Assembly (NCBI GenBank): GCA_040005235.1 | Contig: JBDTZG010000016.1 | Location: forward strand, 1-64,000 | Source: Acidobacteriota bacterium | GTDB taxonomy: Bacteria; Acidobacteriota; Thermoanaerobaculia; Multivoradales; UBA5704 | Reading direction: 5' to 3' | DNA: 64,000 bases | Part shown: piece after piece, positions 1-9,911 of the stretch | How positions within the stretch are numbered: position 1 is the first letter of the stretch | Layout: the number at the start of each line of letters is the position of its first letter | The notes under the pieces: model-generated | The model's input: only the letters and a program-made list of their open reading frames with translations | Told to the model about the DNA's origin: nothing | Databases searched by the model: none | Position numbers and translations under genes: made by a program

Positions 1-302
1 TTCAGCCGGTTGCGCACGATCCCGGGATCGGCCAAAAGACGCTCCACGTCCTCCGGGCCGAAGCGGGCGACCTTCTTCGGATCGAAATTGGCGAAAGCTT
101 TGCGGTAGGTGGCCCGCTTCCGGAGGATGGTGATCCAGGCGAGCCCCGCCTGCGCCCCTTCGAGGGTGAGCATTTCGAACAGCAGGCGGTCGTCGTGGAC
201 CGGCACGCCCCAATCCCGGTCGTGGTATTCGATGTACTCCGGGGAGCCGAGGCTCCAGCCGCAGCGGATCAATTCGGTCGGAGCCTTCGATTTCGTGCTC
301 AT
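1..302 (-). CDS. tag: DNA-3-methyladenine glycosylase I (3' end runs off the window)
   Basis: Manual translation MSTKSKAPTELIRCGWSLGSPEYIEYHDRDWGVPVHDDRLLFEMLTLEGAQAGLAWITILRKR...DPGIVRNRLK carries the TAG signature motifs; not in the ORF track because it is truncated. Confidence 0.93.
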   Translation of the reverse strand, partial: MSTKSKAPTELIRCGWSLGSPEYIEYHDRDWGVPVHDDRLLFEMLTLEGAQAGLAWITILRKRATYRKAFANFDPKKVARFGPEDVERLLADPGIVRNRL

Positions 303-519
303 AGGCGGCGCAGCCTATATCGGCCGCCGTAACCCCTCTACCTTCCGGTCTTTCCGCCCAGGTTTCACGGTCCAACCCTGATGCCAAAAGCTGTCGATCG
401 TGGACGACGCCCGGATCCGTGGCGGCGGGGTTACACATTTCTTCCAGAAAAGTGTCCAAAAAAGCGGGCCAGCGGCAACCTTCTCTTGAGGAACGAAAAA
501 CGCTCGGGTTGCAAACACT

Positions 520-1464
520 ATGGCGAACCTGCAAAAAAGCGATCCGCGCACCGGCAGCGGCCTCTTGCGCCCGGCCTCCGGGCGTCTCTCCCTGGACTCT
601 TGCCCTGCCCTTTATGACCAAGCCTTCGATCGCGCGGGGGAGCTGCTTTCCGCCTGTTGGCTGCGCCTGGAGGGCGAGCGGAGCGAGGCGGTGGGGCAAA
701 TCGCCCGGCTGCTCGACCTGCCGGCCGGGCGGCGGGGAATGCTCGTGCGCAACAGCGAGCGCCTACGCACGTGGGGGGTGCTCGAACGTCTGGTCGGCGC
801 GGCCCGGCAGGCGCTCGCCGCCGAACCGGCCGATCCCGCCGGGGCCGAAGATCTGGTGGCGCTCGCCCTGGAGCTGGCCCAGACGATCGACCCGGACGTC
901 TATCCGCGCTCCCATCGGATGGATCTGGAAGCGCGAGCCTGGGGCTGCCGCGCCCGCTGCCGTCAGGTTCAGGGCGATTTGGAAGGAGCCGAGGCGGCGC
1001 TCGCCCGGTCCTACCGTTGTCTGCTGGAAGGTTCGCGGGACGGCTGGGAGCGGGCGGTCTGGTTGGAGCTGAAAGCCGAGCTGCGGCGCGAGCAGGGCCG
1101 CTGGCACGAGGCCGAAGCCGCTCTGCGCCGGGCGACCGCGATCTTCCGCGAGATCGGCGACGACCGGCGGGCCGCCCGCTGCCTGACGGATTTAGGCGAG
1201 GTCCACCGCTGGCTCGGCCGGCCGAAAAGCGCCGCAGGCTACAGCGGCCAGGCCGTGGCGCTCCTTCGGGGGACCGAACCGGCTCTGCTCGCCAAGGCGC
1301 TGACGGCGCAGTTGACCTCGCTTTCGGCGGCCGGGCGCTGGTTCGAGGCGGGCCGGGCGTTCGCCGAGCTGTCGAGCGTCGCCCGCCGCAACCCCCGCCT
1401 GAAGATCCCGCTCGCCGAGCTGCGGCCTCTCACGTCTCCCGCCCCGCGCGCCCTGGTAGAGTAG
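520..1464 (+). CDS. Tetratricopeptide-repeat protein
   Basis: 314 aa with helical TPR-like repeats (GDLEGAEAALARS, GRWHEAEAALRRA, LGEVHRWLGRPKSA). Confidence 0.7.
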   Translation: MANLQKSDPRTGSGLLRPASGRLSLDSCPALYDQAFDRAGELLSACWLRLEGERSEAVGQIARLLDLPAGRRGMLVRNSERLRTWGVLERLVGAARQALAAEPADPAGAEDLVALALELAQTIDPDVYPRSHRMDLEARAWGCRARCRQVQGDLEGAEAALARSYRCLLEGSRDGWERAVWLELKAELRREQGRWHEAEAALRRATAIFREIGDDRRAARCLTDLGEVHRWLGRPKSAAGYSGQAVALLRGTEPALLAKALTAQLTSLSAAGRWFEAGRAFAELSSVARRNPRLKIPLAELRPLTSPAPRALVE

Positions 1465-1560
1465 TCGCGCTCCGCGGCACCCCGTCCGGTTCCGCAGGCC
1501 TTTACGACCTGCCGGAATCCGTGGGCCGAAGCGGACCAGCACTTTCCCAACCCACGCCCA

Positions 1561-2940
1561 ATGACCACGCCGACCCTGGACGAATTGGTGCTCCTGCCCG
1601 AGCCGGTGGCGTTGCAGCGCCATTTCGATGCGCAGAACCAGCGGGCGTTCCTCTGGCTCCTGGGGTTGTGCGGCACCTGGTCGCTGGTGGGGCTCGCCAT
1701 TGCCATCGGCCGCGGCGAGACGCTCGCCCCGGCTCTCTTCGGCATCAACGTCTTCCTCTCGCTGGTCCTGTTCGCCGCGCGCCAGGAGCCGTTCGTCGCG
1801 CGTTTCGTGCGCCAGATCATCCTGGCCTACGTGGTGTTTCAATTGGTGATCCCGTTCGGCATCCAGACGGATCATTTCAACCTTTCGATCGTCGGCATGC
1901 TGCCGTTCGCGCTGATCTGGCTGCGCCTGCGGCCGACCGAGCACCTGCTGCTGTTCGGCTCGTCGTGGGTGGCGACGCTCTGGCGTGCCTGGGCGGGCGG
2001 CAGCTATCCCGGGGTTTCGAGCGCCACGGAGGTCCATCCCTGGCACATCGGCGCGTTCGAAGCCGCGTTCACCGGGCTGGTTCTGCTCTGCCTCGGGGCG
2101 GCGCTCGGCCTCACCCGGCGCGAGAAGCTCAGTTTCCTGGTCGGATTCCGCCGCGAATCGGCTCGCCATCGCGAGCGCCAGCGGATGCGCGAAGAGATCG
2201 ATCAGGCCCGCCGCGTCCAGCTGAGCATGCTGCCGCAGCGGGCCCCCGACCTGCCCTGGCTCGAGGTGGCCGCGGCGTCGCTCCCGGCCACCGAGGTGGG
2301 GGGGGATTACTACGAGTTCTTTCCGCTGGGGCCCACCCGGCTCGCCGCGGTGATCGGCGACGTCGCGGGCCATGGCTTGGGCTCCGGCTTGGTGCTTTCC
2401 GGCCTGCGCAGCTGCCTGTTCTTGCTCGAAGACGAGCTCTCCGAGCCGGTCCCGGTGTTCGAGCGGATCAACAAGATGATCCGCCGCACCTCCGGCAAGC
2501 GCTCGTTCGTCACCCTCGCCTGCGCGGTGATCAATTCGGCCGAGCGCACCGTCCGCGTCGTGACCGCGGGGCATCCGCCGATCGTCCACTGGTCGGCCCG
2601 CGATCAGGCGATCGAAGAGGTCGGCCGTGGCTCCCTGCCGCTCGGCACCAACCTGCCGACTCATTTCGAGCTGGAGGTCCGGCCCTGTTTCTCGGGCGAT
2701 CTGCTGGTGCTCTACACCGACGGCCTGATCGAAGCGCGAGACGCCGAAGGGCGCGACTACGGCGACGCGCGCCTTTCGCGCCTGGTGGCCGAAGTCGCCC
2801 ACGCCGCGGGCCGGCGCCGGCCGCCCGGCCAGGTCACGGCGCGAGAAATGCGCGACGCGATCCTCGGCGACCTGTCGAACTTTAAAGGGGACAGCGAGCA
2901 GTTGGACGACATGACGGTGGTGGTGCTGCGACTGCGGTAG
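1561..2940 (+). CDS. Membrane-anchored PP2C/SpoIIE (RsbU-like) protein phosphatase
   Basis: N-terminal TM helices; VGGDYY, IGDVAGHG, AGHPP, LYTDGL and DDMT motifs. Confidence 0.9.
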   Translation: MTTPTLDELVLLPEPVALQRHFDAQNQRAFLWLLGLCGTWSLVGLAIAIGRGETLAPALFGINVFLSLVLFAARQEPFVARFVRQIILAYVVFQLVIPFGIQTDHFNLSIVGMLPFALIWLRLRPTEHLLLFGSSWVATLWRAWAGGSYPGVSSATEVHPWHIGAFEAAFTGLVLLCLGAALGLTRREKLSFLVGFRRESARHRERQRMREEIDQARRVQLSMLPQRAPDLPWLEVAAASLPATEVGGDYYEFFPLGPTRLAAVIGDVAGHGLGSGLVLSGLRSCLFLLEDELSEPVPVFERINKMIRRTSGKRSFVTLACAVINSAERTVRVVTAGHPPIVHWSARDQAIEEVGRGSLPLGTNLPTHFELEVRPCFSGDLLVLYTDGLIEARDAEGRDYGDARLSRLVAEVAHAAGRRRPPGQVTAREMRDAILGDLSNFKGDSEQLDDMTVVVLRLR

Positions 2941-2960
2941 CCAAAAACGGCAAGTTTTTC

Positions 2961-3041
2961 CCCGGGACCGCCGAGCACCAGCTCGGCACCGAGGCGGCCG
3001 AGATCGCCCAAACGGCCGAGCTGGTGCTCGGCGGTCCCGGG
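2961..3041. repeat. REP/REPIN-like inverted doublet
   Basis: Perfect 27-bp inverted repeat CCCGGGACCGCCGAGCACCAGCTCGGC (2961-2987 and 3015-3041); each arm is itself a hairpin; lies between convergent genes; same family recurs at 10991-11111. Confidence 0.85.
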
Positions 3042-3071
3042 AGAGGCCCCCTCCGCCGAATCGTTAGCCGG

Positions 3072-3503
3072 CTACCCGCCGACGTGGACCAGCACCTGCC
3101 GTTCGCGCCGGCCGCGGCGATGTTCCCAGAGGAAGATTCCCTGCCAGGTGCCGAGCCCCAGGCGTCCGTGGAAGATCGGGATCGACAGCGAGGTCGCGGT
3201 GAGCGCGGCGCGGATGTGCGAGGGCATGTCGTCCGGCCCTTCGGCGGTGTGGGTGTAGAGGGGATCGTTCTCGGGCACCAGGCGGGCGAGAAAGCGTTCG
3301 AGGTCGCGGCGGGCGGACGGGTCGGCGTTCTCCTGAATCGTCAGGCTCGCCGAGGTATGGCGGATAAACAGCGTGCAGAGCCCGCCGTCGCGGATCGCGT
3401 CGTCGTCCGCCTCGTCGAGCATTTCGGCGACCGCGGCGGAGACCGGCGAGGTGATTTCGTGAAGGCCCGGTCCGCCGACCGCTAAGTCGAGCGTCCTGAT
3501 CAT
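3072..3503 (-). CDS. yjbQ: YjbQ/UPF0047 family protein (secondary thiamine-phosphate synthase)
   Basis: HTSASLTIQENADP, EGPDDMPSHIR and LGTWQGIFLWEH motifs; start MIRTLD overlaps the upstream stop. Confidence 0.9.
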   Translation of the reverse strand: MIRTLDLAVGGPGLHEITSPVSAAVAEMLDEADDDAIRDGGLCTLFIRHTSASLTIQENADPSARRDLERFLARLVPENDPLYTHTAEGPDDMPSHIRAALTATSLSIPIFHGRLGLGTWQGIFLWEHRRGRRERQVLVHVGG

Positions 3504-4096
3504 TTCGGTCCCACGGGTCCGCAGGCGCTCCACCCTCCATGCACTTTCGCGATCCGCGCCTTCCCCGTCGCCGGATCCGACGGGCAGGGGGGCGCGCGGA
3601 GCACCCAGCCTTTCGGCAGCTCGGGGATCGGCAGCTCGAATTTGAACGGCACCCCATTCAGCTGAAGGGGCCGGCCGCGCACTTGGATTTCGCCCAGCAG
3701 GTCGATCTCGACCGAAGTGCGGCCGGAGAGCTCGACTTGATAGGTGACCGTGCGCGCGGAGATTTCGACGTCGGTCTCGATCATTGCCTCTTCGATCTCC
3801 GGCGCGTCGGAACCTTTCGGAACCTCCGGGACGGTGAACGTCAGGCGGTCGGCGGTCTTCTCGACGTGGCTTGCCGGCGAGGTTTCGCCCACGAACGCGG
3901 CGCCGTCCGACAGCGTGATCGTGTAGCTCCTGCCGGGAAGGAGGCCCGAGAAGTGGAGGTTCAACTTCGGCGGTTTTGGCGAGGGGGCCTCAGCCGATGC
4001 ACCTTGGGCTGGCGGGCCGGAGGCGGCGACGCAAGGCGCGGTGGCGAGTAATGTCGCTCCGAGCAGGGCAAGACGGGCGAGTTTCTTGACGATCAA
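3500..4096 (-). CDS. Hypothetical secreted protein
   Basis: Signal-peptide-like N-terminus and beta-rich body; overlaps both neighbours by 4 nt. Confidence 0.6.
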   Translation of the reverse strand: MIVKKLARLALLGATLLATAPCVAASGPPAQGASAEAPSPKPPKLNLHFSGLLPGRSYTITLSDGAAFVGETSPASHVEKTADRLTFTVPEVPKGSDAPEIEEAMIETDVEISARTVTYQVELSGRTSVEIDLLGEIQVRGRPLQLNGVPFKFELPIPELPKGWVLRAPPCPSDPATGKARIAKVHGGWSACGPVGPK

Positions 4097-5616
4097 TGGG
4101 GGATCTCCAGGGCTTGCATCGAATCGGGGATCGGCGGTGCGGCGGGGTCGGGGTCGACCCAGGCCAGGTCGCGCGGTTTACCGCCGGGAAACCATAGCGC
4201 AACGCCGAGCGAAGCGATTGCGATCGCTCCGATGCCCCAGAAGACCGCCTGGAGCGCGAGCAGGAACGCGCCGCTCAAGTGGCCGATTTCGAGCGTGCTC
4301 ATCGCGGCTCTCTTCCCCGGATCGAGCAGGGCGTTGGCGTCCACACCCTTGCCCACCGCCTGGGTGAGCCGGGCGGCGAACAACGCGCCGAGGGCGGCGA
4401 CACCCACCGCGCCGCCGATCGAGCGGAAGAACTGGACCGAGCCGGTCGCGACGCCGCGCAGGCGCCAGGGCACTGCGCTCTGGACCGCGATCATGTAGGG
4501 CATCGAGACGAAGCCGAGGCCGAGCCCCATCACGAACAGGGTCGCCATCACCTCCAGGCGCGTGGTGGCGGCGGAGAGGCGAGCGAGCGCAATCCCCGAT
4601 CCGGCGAGCAGCAGGCCGCCGGCGAGGCAGAAGCGGCGATAGGAATAGCGGTTCATCAACCGGCCGGTGATCGTGCTCGAAAGCGGCCAACCGATCAGCA
4701 CCGGCGAAAGGAGCGCGCCCGCGTCGGTGGCCGACCCTCCGAGCACCCCTTGGCCGAGGATCGGGCCGAACGCGGTGAGCGCGAACAGCAGCGCGCCCAA
4801 CAGGGCATTGCCGGCGCAGGAGACCGCGATCACCCGGCTCTTGAATAGGTCGAGCGGCAGCATCGGCTCGGGCGCCCGTTGTTCCTGCCAAAGAAACGCC
4901 AGGGTGAGCAGCACGGCGCCCGCGAGCGTGCCGAGCGTCCGCGGATCGCCCCATCCCCAGACCTCCGGCCCCTCGATCAGCCCGAGCAACAACAGCGTCA
5001 CCGCGACCGACAGCAGCACGGTGCCGAGCACGTCGAGTCGGTGCTCGCGGCGCGGCGGTTCTTCGCGCAGGTGGCGGTTGAGCATGATCGCCGAGAGCAG
5101 GCCGAACGGCACGCCGAGAAAGAAGATCGCCCGCCACGAGAGCGCGTCGGTGAGCAGGCCGCCGACCAGCGGGCCGACCAGGCTCGCGAACGCCCAGACC
5201 GCCGCGAACAGCCCCTGCATCTTGCCGCGCTCCTCGAGCGTGAAGATATCGCCGATGACGGTCGCCGCGACCGGCATCAGCCCGCCCGCGCCGAGCCCCT
5301 GGATCGCCCGGAAGACGATCAACTGGGAGAGCGATCCCGAAAATCCCGAAAGCGCCGAGCCGCCGACGAACAGGGCGACCGCGAACAGATAGATCCGCCG
5401 CCGGCCGTACAGGTCCGCGAGCTTGCCGTAGAGCGGCACCGTGGTGGTGGAAGTGAGCAGGTAGGCCGAAAACACCCAGCTGTAGCGGGAGACTCCCCCC
5501 ATCGAACCCACCGCGGTGGGGACGGCAGCAGCGACCGCCGTCGCCTCCAGGGCGGCGAGCAGCGAGCCGAGCATTAGGGCGGTGGTGACGAGCTTTCGTT
5601 CGCGTCCGGGCAGCAT
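4093..5616 (-). CDS. MFS drug/H+ antiporter (14-TM, DHA2/MDR family); start could be 5616-5658
   Basis: Motif A GKLADLYGRRR, RAIQGLGAGG, GPLVGGLL, EPMLPLDLF. Confidence 0.92.
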   Translation of the reverse strand: MLPGRERKLVTTALMLGSLLAALEATAVAAAVPTAVGSMGGVSRYSWVFSAYLLTSTTTVPLYGKLADLYGRRRIYLFAVALFVGGSALSGFSGSLSQLIVFRAIQGLGAGGLMPVAATVIGDIFTLEERGKMQGLFAAVWAFASLVGPLVGGLLTDALSWRAIFFLGVPFGLLSAIMLNRHLREEPPRREHRLDVLGTVLLSVAVTLLLLGLIEGPEVWGWGDPRTLGTLAGAVLLTLAFLWQEQRAPEPMLPLDLFKSRVIAVSCAGNALLGALLFALTAFGPILGQGVLGGSATDAGALLSPVLIGWPLSSTITGRLMNRYSYRRFCLAGGLLLAGSGIALARLSAATTRLEVMATLFVMGLGLGFVSMPYMIAVQSAVPWRLRGVATGSVQFFRSIGGAVGVAALGALFAARLTQAVGKGVDANALLDPGKRAAMSTLEIGHLSGAFLLALQAVFWGIGAIAIASLGVALWFPGGKPRDLAWVDPDPAAPPIPDSMQALEIPH

Positions 5617-5630
5617 CAGGGCTCCGTGGC

Positions 5631-6737
5631 TCAAACGGCGATCGCTTCGAGAATCCACATGGGGCTCGCCGTCGGATGAACAGCCGAAAGCGCGAATTCC
5701 GAAGCCTCCAACAGGCGGCGGAATTCCTCCCGGCTCCGCTCGCGTCCACCGTCACACGCCACCAACATGTGCAGATCAACTTTCGCGCCGAATCCGGCGG
5801 CTTCGTTCCGCTCGACGATCGACTCGACCACCAGCAGTTTGGCTCCCGGAGCCGCCGCGCGCCGGCAGGTGGCGAGGATCGTCCGGCAGCGTTCGTCGTC
5901 CCAATCGTGGAGCACCTGTTTGAGCAGATAGCCGTCGCAACCCGAAGGCGCTTCGACGAAGAAGTTGCCGGGGACCCGCTCGACCCGGTCGAGCACGCCC
6001 TGCCGCTCCAGATAGGGAAGCGCCTGGTCGAGCACGCCCGGGGCGTCCACGAGCACGCCGCGCAGGTTTGGATGTCGACGGAGGATCGCGGCGAGCATCG
6101 TCCCCCGGCCGCCGCCCAGATCGGCGAGCCGGGCAATTCGCCCAAACGCGGGATTCGCGGCGACGGTAGGGGCGTACATCTCGGTGATCGCTCCCATCGC
6201 CGCCGCGAAGGTCGCCAGATCGTTTGGATGCTCGTCGAACCAGGTCCAGATCGACTGGCCGTAAATGCGGGGAAAGGCGTTCTCGCCGGTTTCGACCGTG
6301 CGGATGAGATCGGCCCAGGCGGTGACCGTCGCCTCCGAGCCGAAATACTCGGCGACCGGACCGACCGCTGCCCGGTCGCTCCGGAGCGCCTCGGACAGGC
6401 GGTTGTTCGAAAAGCGCCCCTGGGTGTCGAGGCGGAAGATTCCGGAAGACGCCAGGGCGCGGAGTGTGCGATGGAGAGCGTCGGCGTCGGCGCCGACCTC
6501 TTCGGCGAGCGCCGCTGCGGTCTGCGGGCCATGACCCAAGCGGTCCGCGATCGCGAGCCGCGAAGCGGTCCGGATCGCCTGGGTCTGGCCGGTGCCGGAC
6601 GCCCGATCGACCATCGCCGCCGACGCCGGCACCATCCGGTCGGCGAGCCCTAGAAACAGGCGCCGAAGCCACAACGCGGCGGTCACGGCGAAGCGTGGGG
6701 GGGCGCCGGGCAGCGGGGGAGGGGCAGAAGCGCTCAC
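5631..6737 (-). CDS. SAM-dependent O-methyltransferase with dimerisation domain
   Basis: DLGGGRG SAM motif, GNFF, LKQVLHDWDD and GGRERS. Confidence 0.9.
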   Translation of the reverse strand: MSASAPPPLPGAPPRFAVTAALWLRRLFLGLADRMVPASAAMVDRASGTGQTQAIRTASRLAIADRLGHGPQTAAALAEEVGADADALHRTLRALASSGIFRLDTQGRFSNNRLSEALRSDRAAVGPVAEYFGSEATVTAWADLIRTVETGENAFPRIYGQSIWTWFDEHPNDLATFAAAMGAITEMYAPTVAANPAFGRIARLADLGGGRGTMLAAILRRHPNLRGVLVDAPGVLDQALPYLERQGVLDRVERVPGNFFVEAPSGCDGYLLKQVLHDWDDERCRTILATCRRAAAPGAKLLVVESIVERNEAAGFGAKVDLHMLVACDGGRERSREEFRRLLEASEFALSAVHPTASPMWILEAIAV

Positions 6738-6955
6738 GGAGGGTGGAGTTTATAGGACGGCCGAGGCTCTGGGGCAGGGAATGACGGCCCGCGCGAAGAC
6801 GTTCGAAAAAGTGGCCTCTCCCGGCCCACCAAGCGTCTTCCAGGAAGTCGCTCCGGCAGAGGTAAACTCAAGAAACGGAAGGCTTCTGAGGCGCTTGTTC
6901 CGGGTGGGCACAAGTGCTAGACTTCGCGCTCGCATGCCCCGAGGAGTCTCACATC

Positions 6956-7528
6956 ATGGAAACCAATCTTTCGGATAGCCGGCCGGAAATCAAGACGGTC
7001 GGTGAAAGCTGGGTCACGACGACGTTCGAGGCCTTGGAGGACTGGTCGCAGCGCCATTCCTTCTGGCCCTTCCCTTTCGGCACCGCCTGCTGCGCGATCG
7101 AGTTCATGTCGACCGTCTCCGCCCACTATGACGTGGCGCGATTCGGTTCCGAGGTCGTCCGCTTCTCGCCGCGGCAGAGCGACGTGCTGCTGGTCGCCGG
7201 CACGATCAACGACAAGATGGGGCCGGTCTTGAAGCGCATCTACGACCAGATGGCCAACCCGAAATGGGTGATCTCGATGGGCGCCTGCGCTTGCTCGGGC
7301 GGTTTCTACCGCTCGTACCACGTGATGCAGGGGATCGACGAGATCATCCCGGTCGACATTTACGTCCCCGGCTGCCCGCCGACGCCGGAGGGCCTGATCT
7401 ACGGCATCCTTCAGCTCAAAGAGCGGGTCGTCCGCGACCGTCGACGCCAAAACGAGCAGAGAAAGCTGACGCCCATCGACAACAAGGAGAGCGAGCGTGC
7501 CGACGTTGGCCGAGCCGTCCCTGCTTGA
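6956..7528 (+). CDS. nuoB: NADH-quinone oxidoreductase subunit B
   Basis: GTACCAIE, SPRQSD, MGACACSGG and YVPGCPP; GAGGAG Shine-Dalgarno upstream. Confidence 0.96.
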   Translation: METNLSDSRPEIKTVGESWVTTTFEALEDWSQRHSFWPFPFGTACCAIEFMSTVSAHYDVARFGSEVVRFSPRQSDVLLVAGTINDKMGPVLKRIYDQMANPKWVISMGACACSGGFYRSYHVMQGIDEIIPVDIYVPGCPPTPEGLIYGILQLKERVVRDRRRQNEQRKLTPIDNKESERADVGRAVPA

Positions 7529-9206
7529 GGAGATTCAAGAGAAGTTTCCCGCCGGCAGCATCACCGCGCAGGAAGGTCTCGACCAGCCGACCTGGGTGGT
7601 GAAGCGCGAGGTGCTGGTCGAAGTGGCCAAAGAGCTGCGCGACCGGCGCGATACGCGCTTCGACCTCCTGCTCGACGTCGCCGGGGTCGATTACCCGGAG
7701 CGAGAAGACAGCGAGGGCGGTCGCTTCGACGTGGTCTACCACCTCTATTCGGTGGCGCGGAACGACCGCCTGCGCCTGAAGGTGCCGGTCTCCGAAGCCG
7801 ACGCGCTGCTGCCGTCGGTGATTCCGGTCTGGAAGGGTGCCAACTGGTTCGAGCGCGAGGTCTACGACATGTTCGGGGTGAAGTTCTCCGGCCATCCGAA
7901 CCTGTCACGCATTCTCTGCCACGAGGCGTTCCAAGGGCATCCGCTGCGCAAGGATTACGATCCGGCGCGGCGCTGGATCTTGACCGAGGCCGACATCTAC
8001 AAGCCGCATTTCGACCTGCCCGAGGGCGAGGACGACCTGTTCGAGCGGATGGCGATCAACATCGGCCCTTCGCATCCGGCGATGCACGGCACGTTCCGGC
8101 TGATGGCGGTGCTCGACGGCGAGGCGATCATCGCCTCCGACGTGGAGATCGGCTATCTCCATCGTTGCTTCGAAAAGATGGCCGAGACCCACAACTGGCA
8201 GCAGATCATTCCCTACACCGACCGGCTGAACTACTGCTCGGCGTTCATCAATAACGTCGCCTACTGCAAGACGGTCGAGAAGCTCTTGAAGATCGAAGCG
8301 CCGCCGCGGGCGGTCTGGGCGCGCACGATCCTCACCGAGTTCTCCCGCATCATGGATCACTGCGTCTGCAACGGCGCCACGCTGGTCGACGCCGGGGCGC
8401 TCACCAATTTCTGGTACCTGTTCCAGCCGCGTGAAGAGATCTACGGCCTGATCGAATCGTGCTGCGGTGCGCGTTTGACCGTCTCCTACGGCCGCATCGG
8501 CGGCCTCGCCCAGGATCTGCCGACCGATTTCGTCGCGCGGAGCCGGAAGCTGCTCGAGACGATCCCGAAGTTCATCGACGATACCGAAGCGCTGATCAAC
8601 AAGAACCGGATCTGGATCGACCGCACGGTCGGCGTCGCCGCGATCTCGGGCGAAGAGGCGATCAACTGGGGCTGGACCGGCCCGTGCCTCCGCGCGAGCG
8701 GCGTCGGCCTCGACCTGCGCCGGGCCAAACCCTACGATCTGTACGACACGGTCGATTTCGAGGTGCCGGTGCTCACCGGCGGCGATGTCTACGACCGATT
8801 CCGCATCCGCATGATGGAGATCCGCGAGTCGCTCAAGATCATCCGCCAGCTGCTCGACCGCGGCATGCCGGAAGGGCCGTACATCATCCAGGATCCGCAC
8901 ATCGCGCTGCCGCCGAAAGACGCCTGCTACAACCAGATGGAAGCCATGATCTATCACTTCAAACTGATCATGGACGGCATCCAGGTGCCGCCGGGCGAAA
9001 CCTACCAGGCGGTCGAAGGGGCGAACGGCGAGTTCGGCTTCTACGCGATCAGCGACGGCTCGTCCAAACCCTATCGGTTGAAGTGCCGGCCGCCCTGTTT
9101 CCCGATTTTCTCCACCTTCTCCCGACTGATCAATGGCGGCTCGCTCTCCGACGCCATCGTCTCGTTGGGCGGCCTGAACATCATCGCGGGAGAGCTGGAA
9201 CGATGA
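7497..9206 (+). CDS. nuoCD: NADH-quinone oxidoreductase fused subunit C/D
   Basis: EREVYDMFG and GHPLRKDY (NuoC); GPSHPAMHG, GYLHR and C-terminal GELER (NuoD). Confidence 0.96.
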   Translation: MPTLAEPSLLEEIQEKFPAGSITAQEGLDQPTWVVKREVLVEVAKELRDRRDTRFDLLLDVAGVDYPEREDSEGGRFDVVYHLYSVARNDRLRLKVPVSEADALLPSVIPVWKGANWFEREVYDMFGVKFSGHPNLSRILCHEAFQGHPLRKDYDPARRWILTEADIYKPHFDLPEGEDDLFERMAINIGPSHPAMHGTFRLMAVLDGEAIIASDVEIGYLHRCFEKMAETHNWQQIIPYTDRLNYCSAFINNVAYCKTVEKLLKIEAPPRAVWARTILTEFSRIMDHCVCNGATLVDAGALTNFWYLFQPREEIYGLIESCCGARLTVSYGRIGGLAQDLPTDFVARSRKLLETIPKFIDDTEALINKNRIWIDRTVGVAAISGEEAINWGWTGPCLRASGVGLDLRRAKPYDLYDTVDFEVPVLTGGDVYDRFRIRMMEIRESLKIIRQLLDRGMPEGPYIIQDPHIALPPKDACYNQMEAMIYHFKLIMDGIQVPPGETYQAVEGANGEFGFYAISDGSSKPYRLKCRPPCFPIFSTFSRLINGGSLSDAIVSLGGLNIIAGELER

Positions 9207-9853
9207 AGATGCCAATGTCTGAGCAACTCAACATCCCCAACAAGGTGACGCCCTACAAGATGGGGCTCGCCGAGAAGCTCTATCTGCCGCTGCTCACCGG
9301 TCTGTTCGTGACGATGCGCCACTTCGTGAAAAACCTGATCAATCCGAAGGGCATGCCGACGATCAACTACCCGGAGGAGCGGCGCGAGTACAGCCACCGC
9401 TACCGCGGACACCACATCCTCACCACCCGCCCCGACGGCTCGGTCCGCTGCGTCGCCTGTTTCCTCTGCGCGGCGAATTGCCCGGCCGATTGCATCACGA
9501 TCGAAGCGGGGGAGCACCCGGACGTCAACATCGAGAAGTACCCGGTGGTCTACGAGATCGACATGCTCCGCTGCGTCTTCTGCGGCTTCTGCGTCGACGC
9601 CTGCCCGGAAGAGGCGATCATCATGTCGAACAACTACGACATGGCCTACTTCCACCGCGACCAATCGATCGTCGGCAAAGCCGACCTGATGAAGCCCTAC
9701 ACCTTCGACGAGAAGCGCCTCGGTTACCGGCCGTACTATCCGGAAGAAGACGCCCAGCACAACAAGATGCGCCGTGACGCCTTCGATCTGGTGGCGATGG
9801 CGAAAGCAAAGGCGGCGGTGGAGCCGGTGTCGGCGTCGGCCGTGAGGGGTTGA
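9203..9853 (+). CDS. nuoI: NADH-quinone oxidoreductase subunit I
   Basis: Two 4Fe-4S motifs CVACFLCAANCP and CVFCGFCVDACP; TINYPEE; ATGA overlap with nuoCD. Confidence 0.94.
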   Translation: MKMPMSEQLNIPNKVTPYKMGLAEKLYLPLLTGLFVTMRHFVKNLINPKGMPTINYPEERREYSHRYRGHHILTTRPDGSVRCVACFLCAANCPADCITIEAGEHPDVNIEKYPVVYEIDMLRCVFCGFCVDACPEEAIIMSNNYDMAYFHRDQSIVGKADLMKPYTFDEKRLGYRPYYPEEDAQHNKMRRDAFDLVAMAKAKAAVEPVSASAVRG

Positions 9854-9867
9854 AACCCCGTAACCTA

Positions 9868-9889
9868 GCGAGCGATTTTAATCGCTCGC
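9868..9889 (+). terminator. Hairpin after nuoI (terminator or REP-like)
   Basis: GCGAGCGATT-TT-AATCGCTCGC palindrome; no clear U-tract. Confidence 0.5.
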
Positions 9890-9911
9890 GGGGTCGGCTA
9901 CGATACCCATC

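Noticed and set aside
303-519. Riboswitch or ncRNA in the tag/TPR intergenic region
   Set aside because: Only weak imperfect inverted repeats and no recognisable RNA family motif; more likely divergent promoters
7497-9206. Group 4 NiFe hydrogenase large subunit
   Set aside because: No N- or C-terminal CxxC Ni ligands; ends GELER like NuoD
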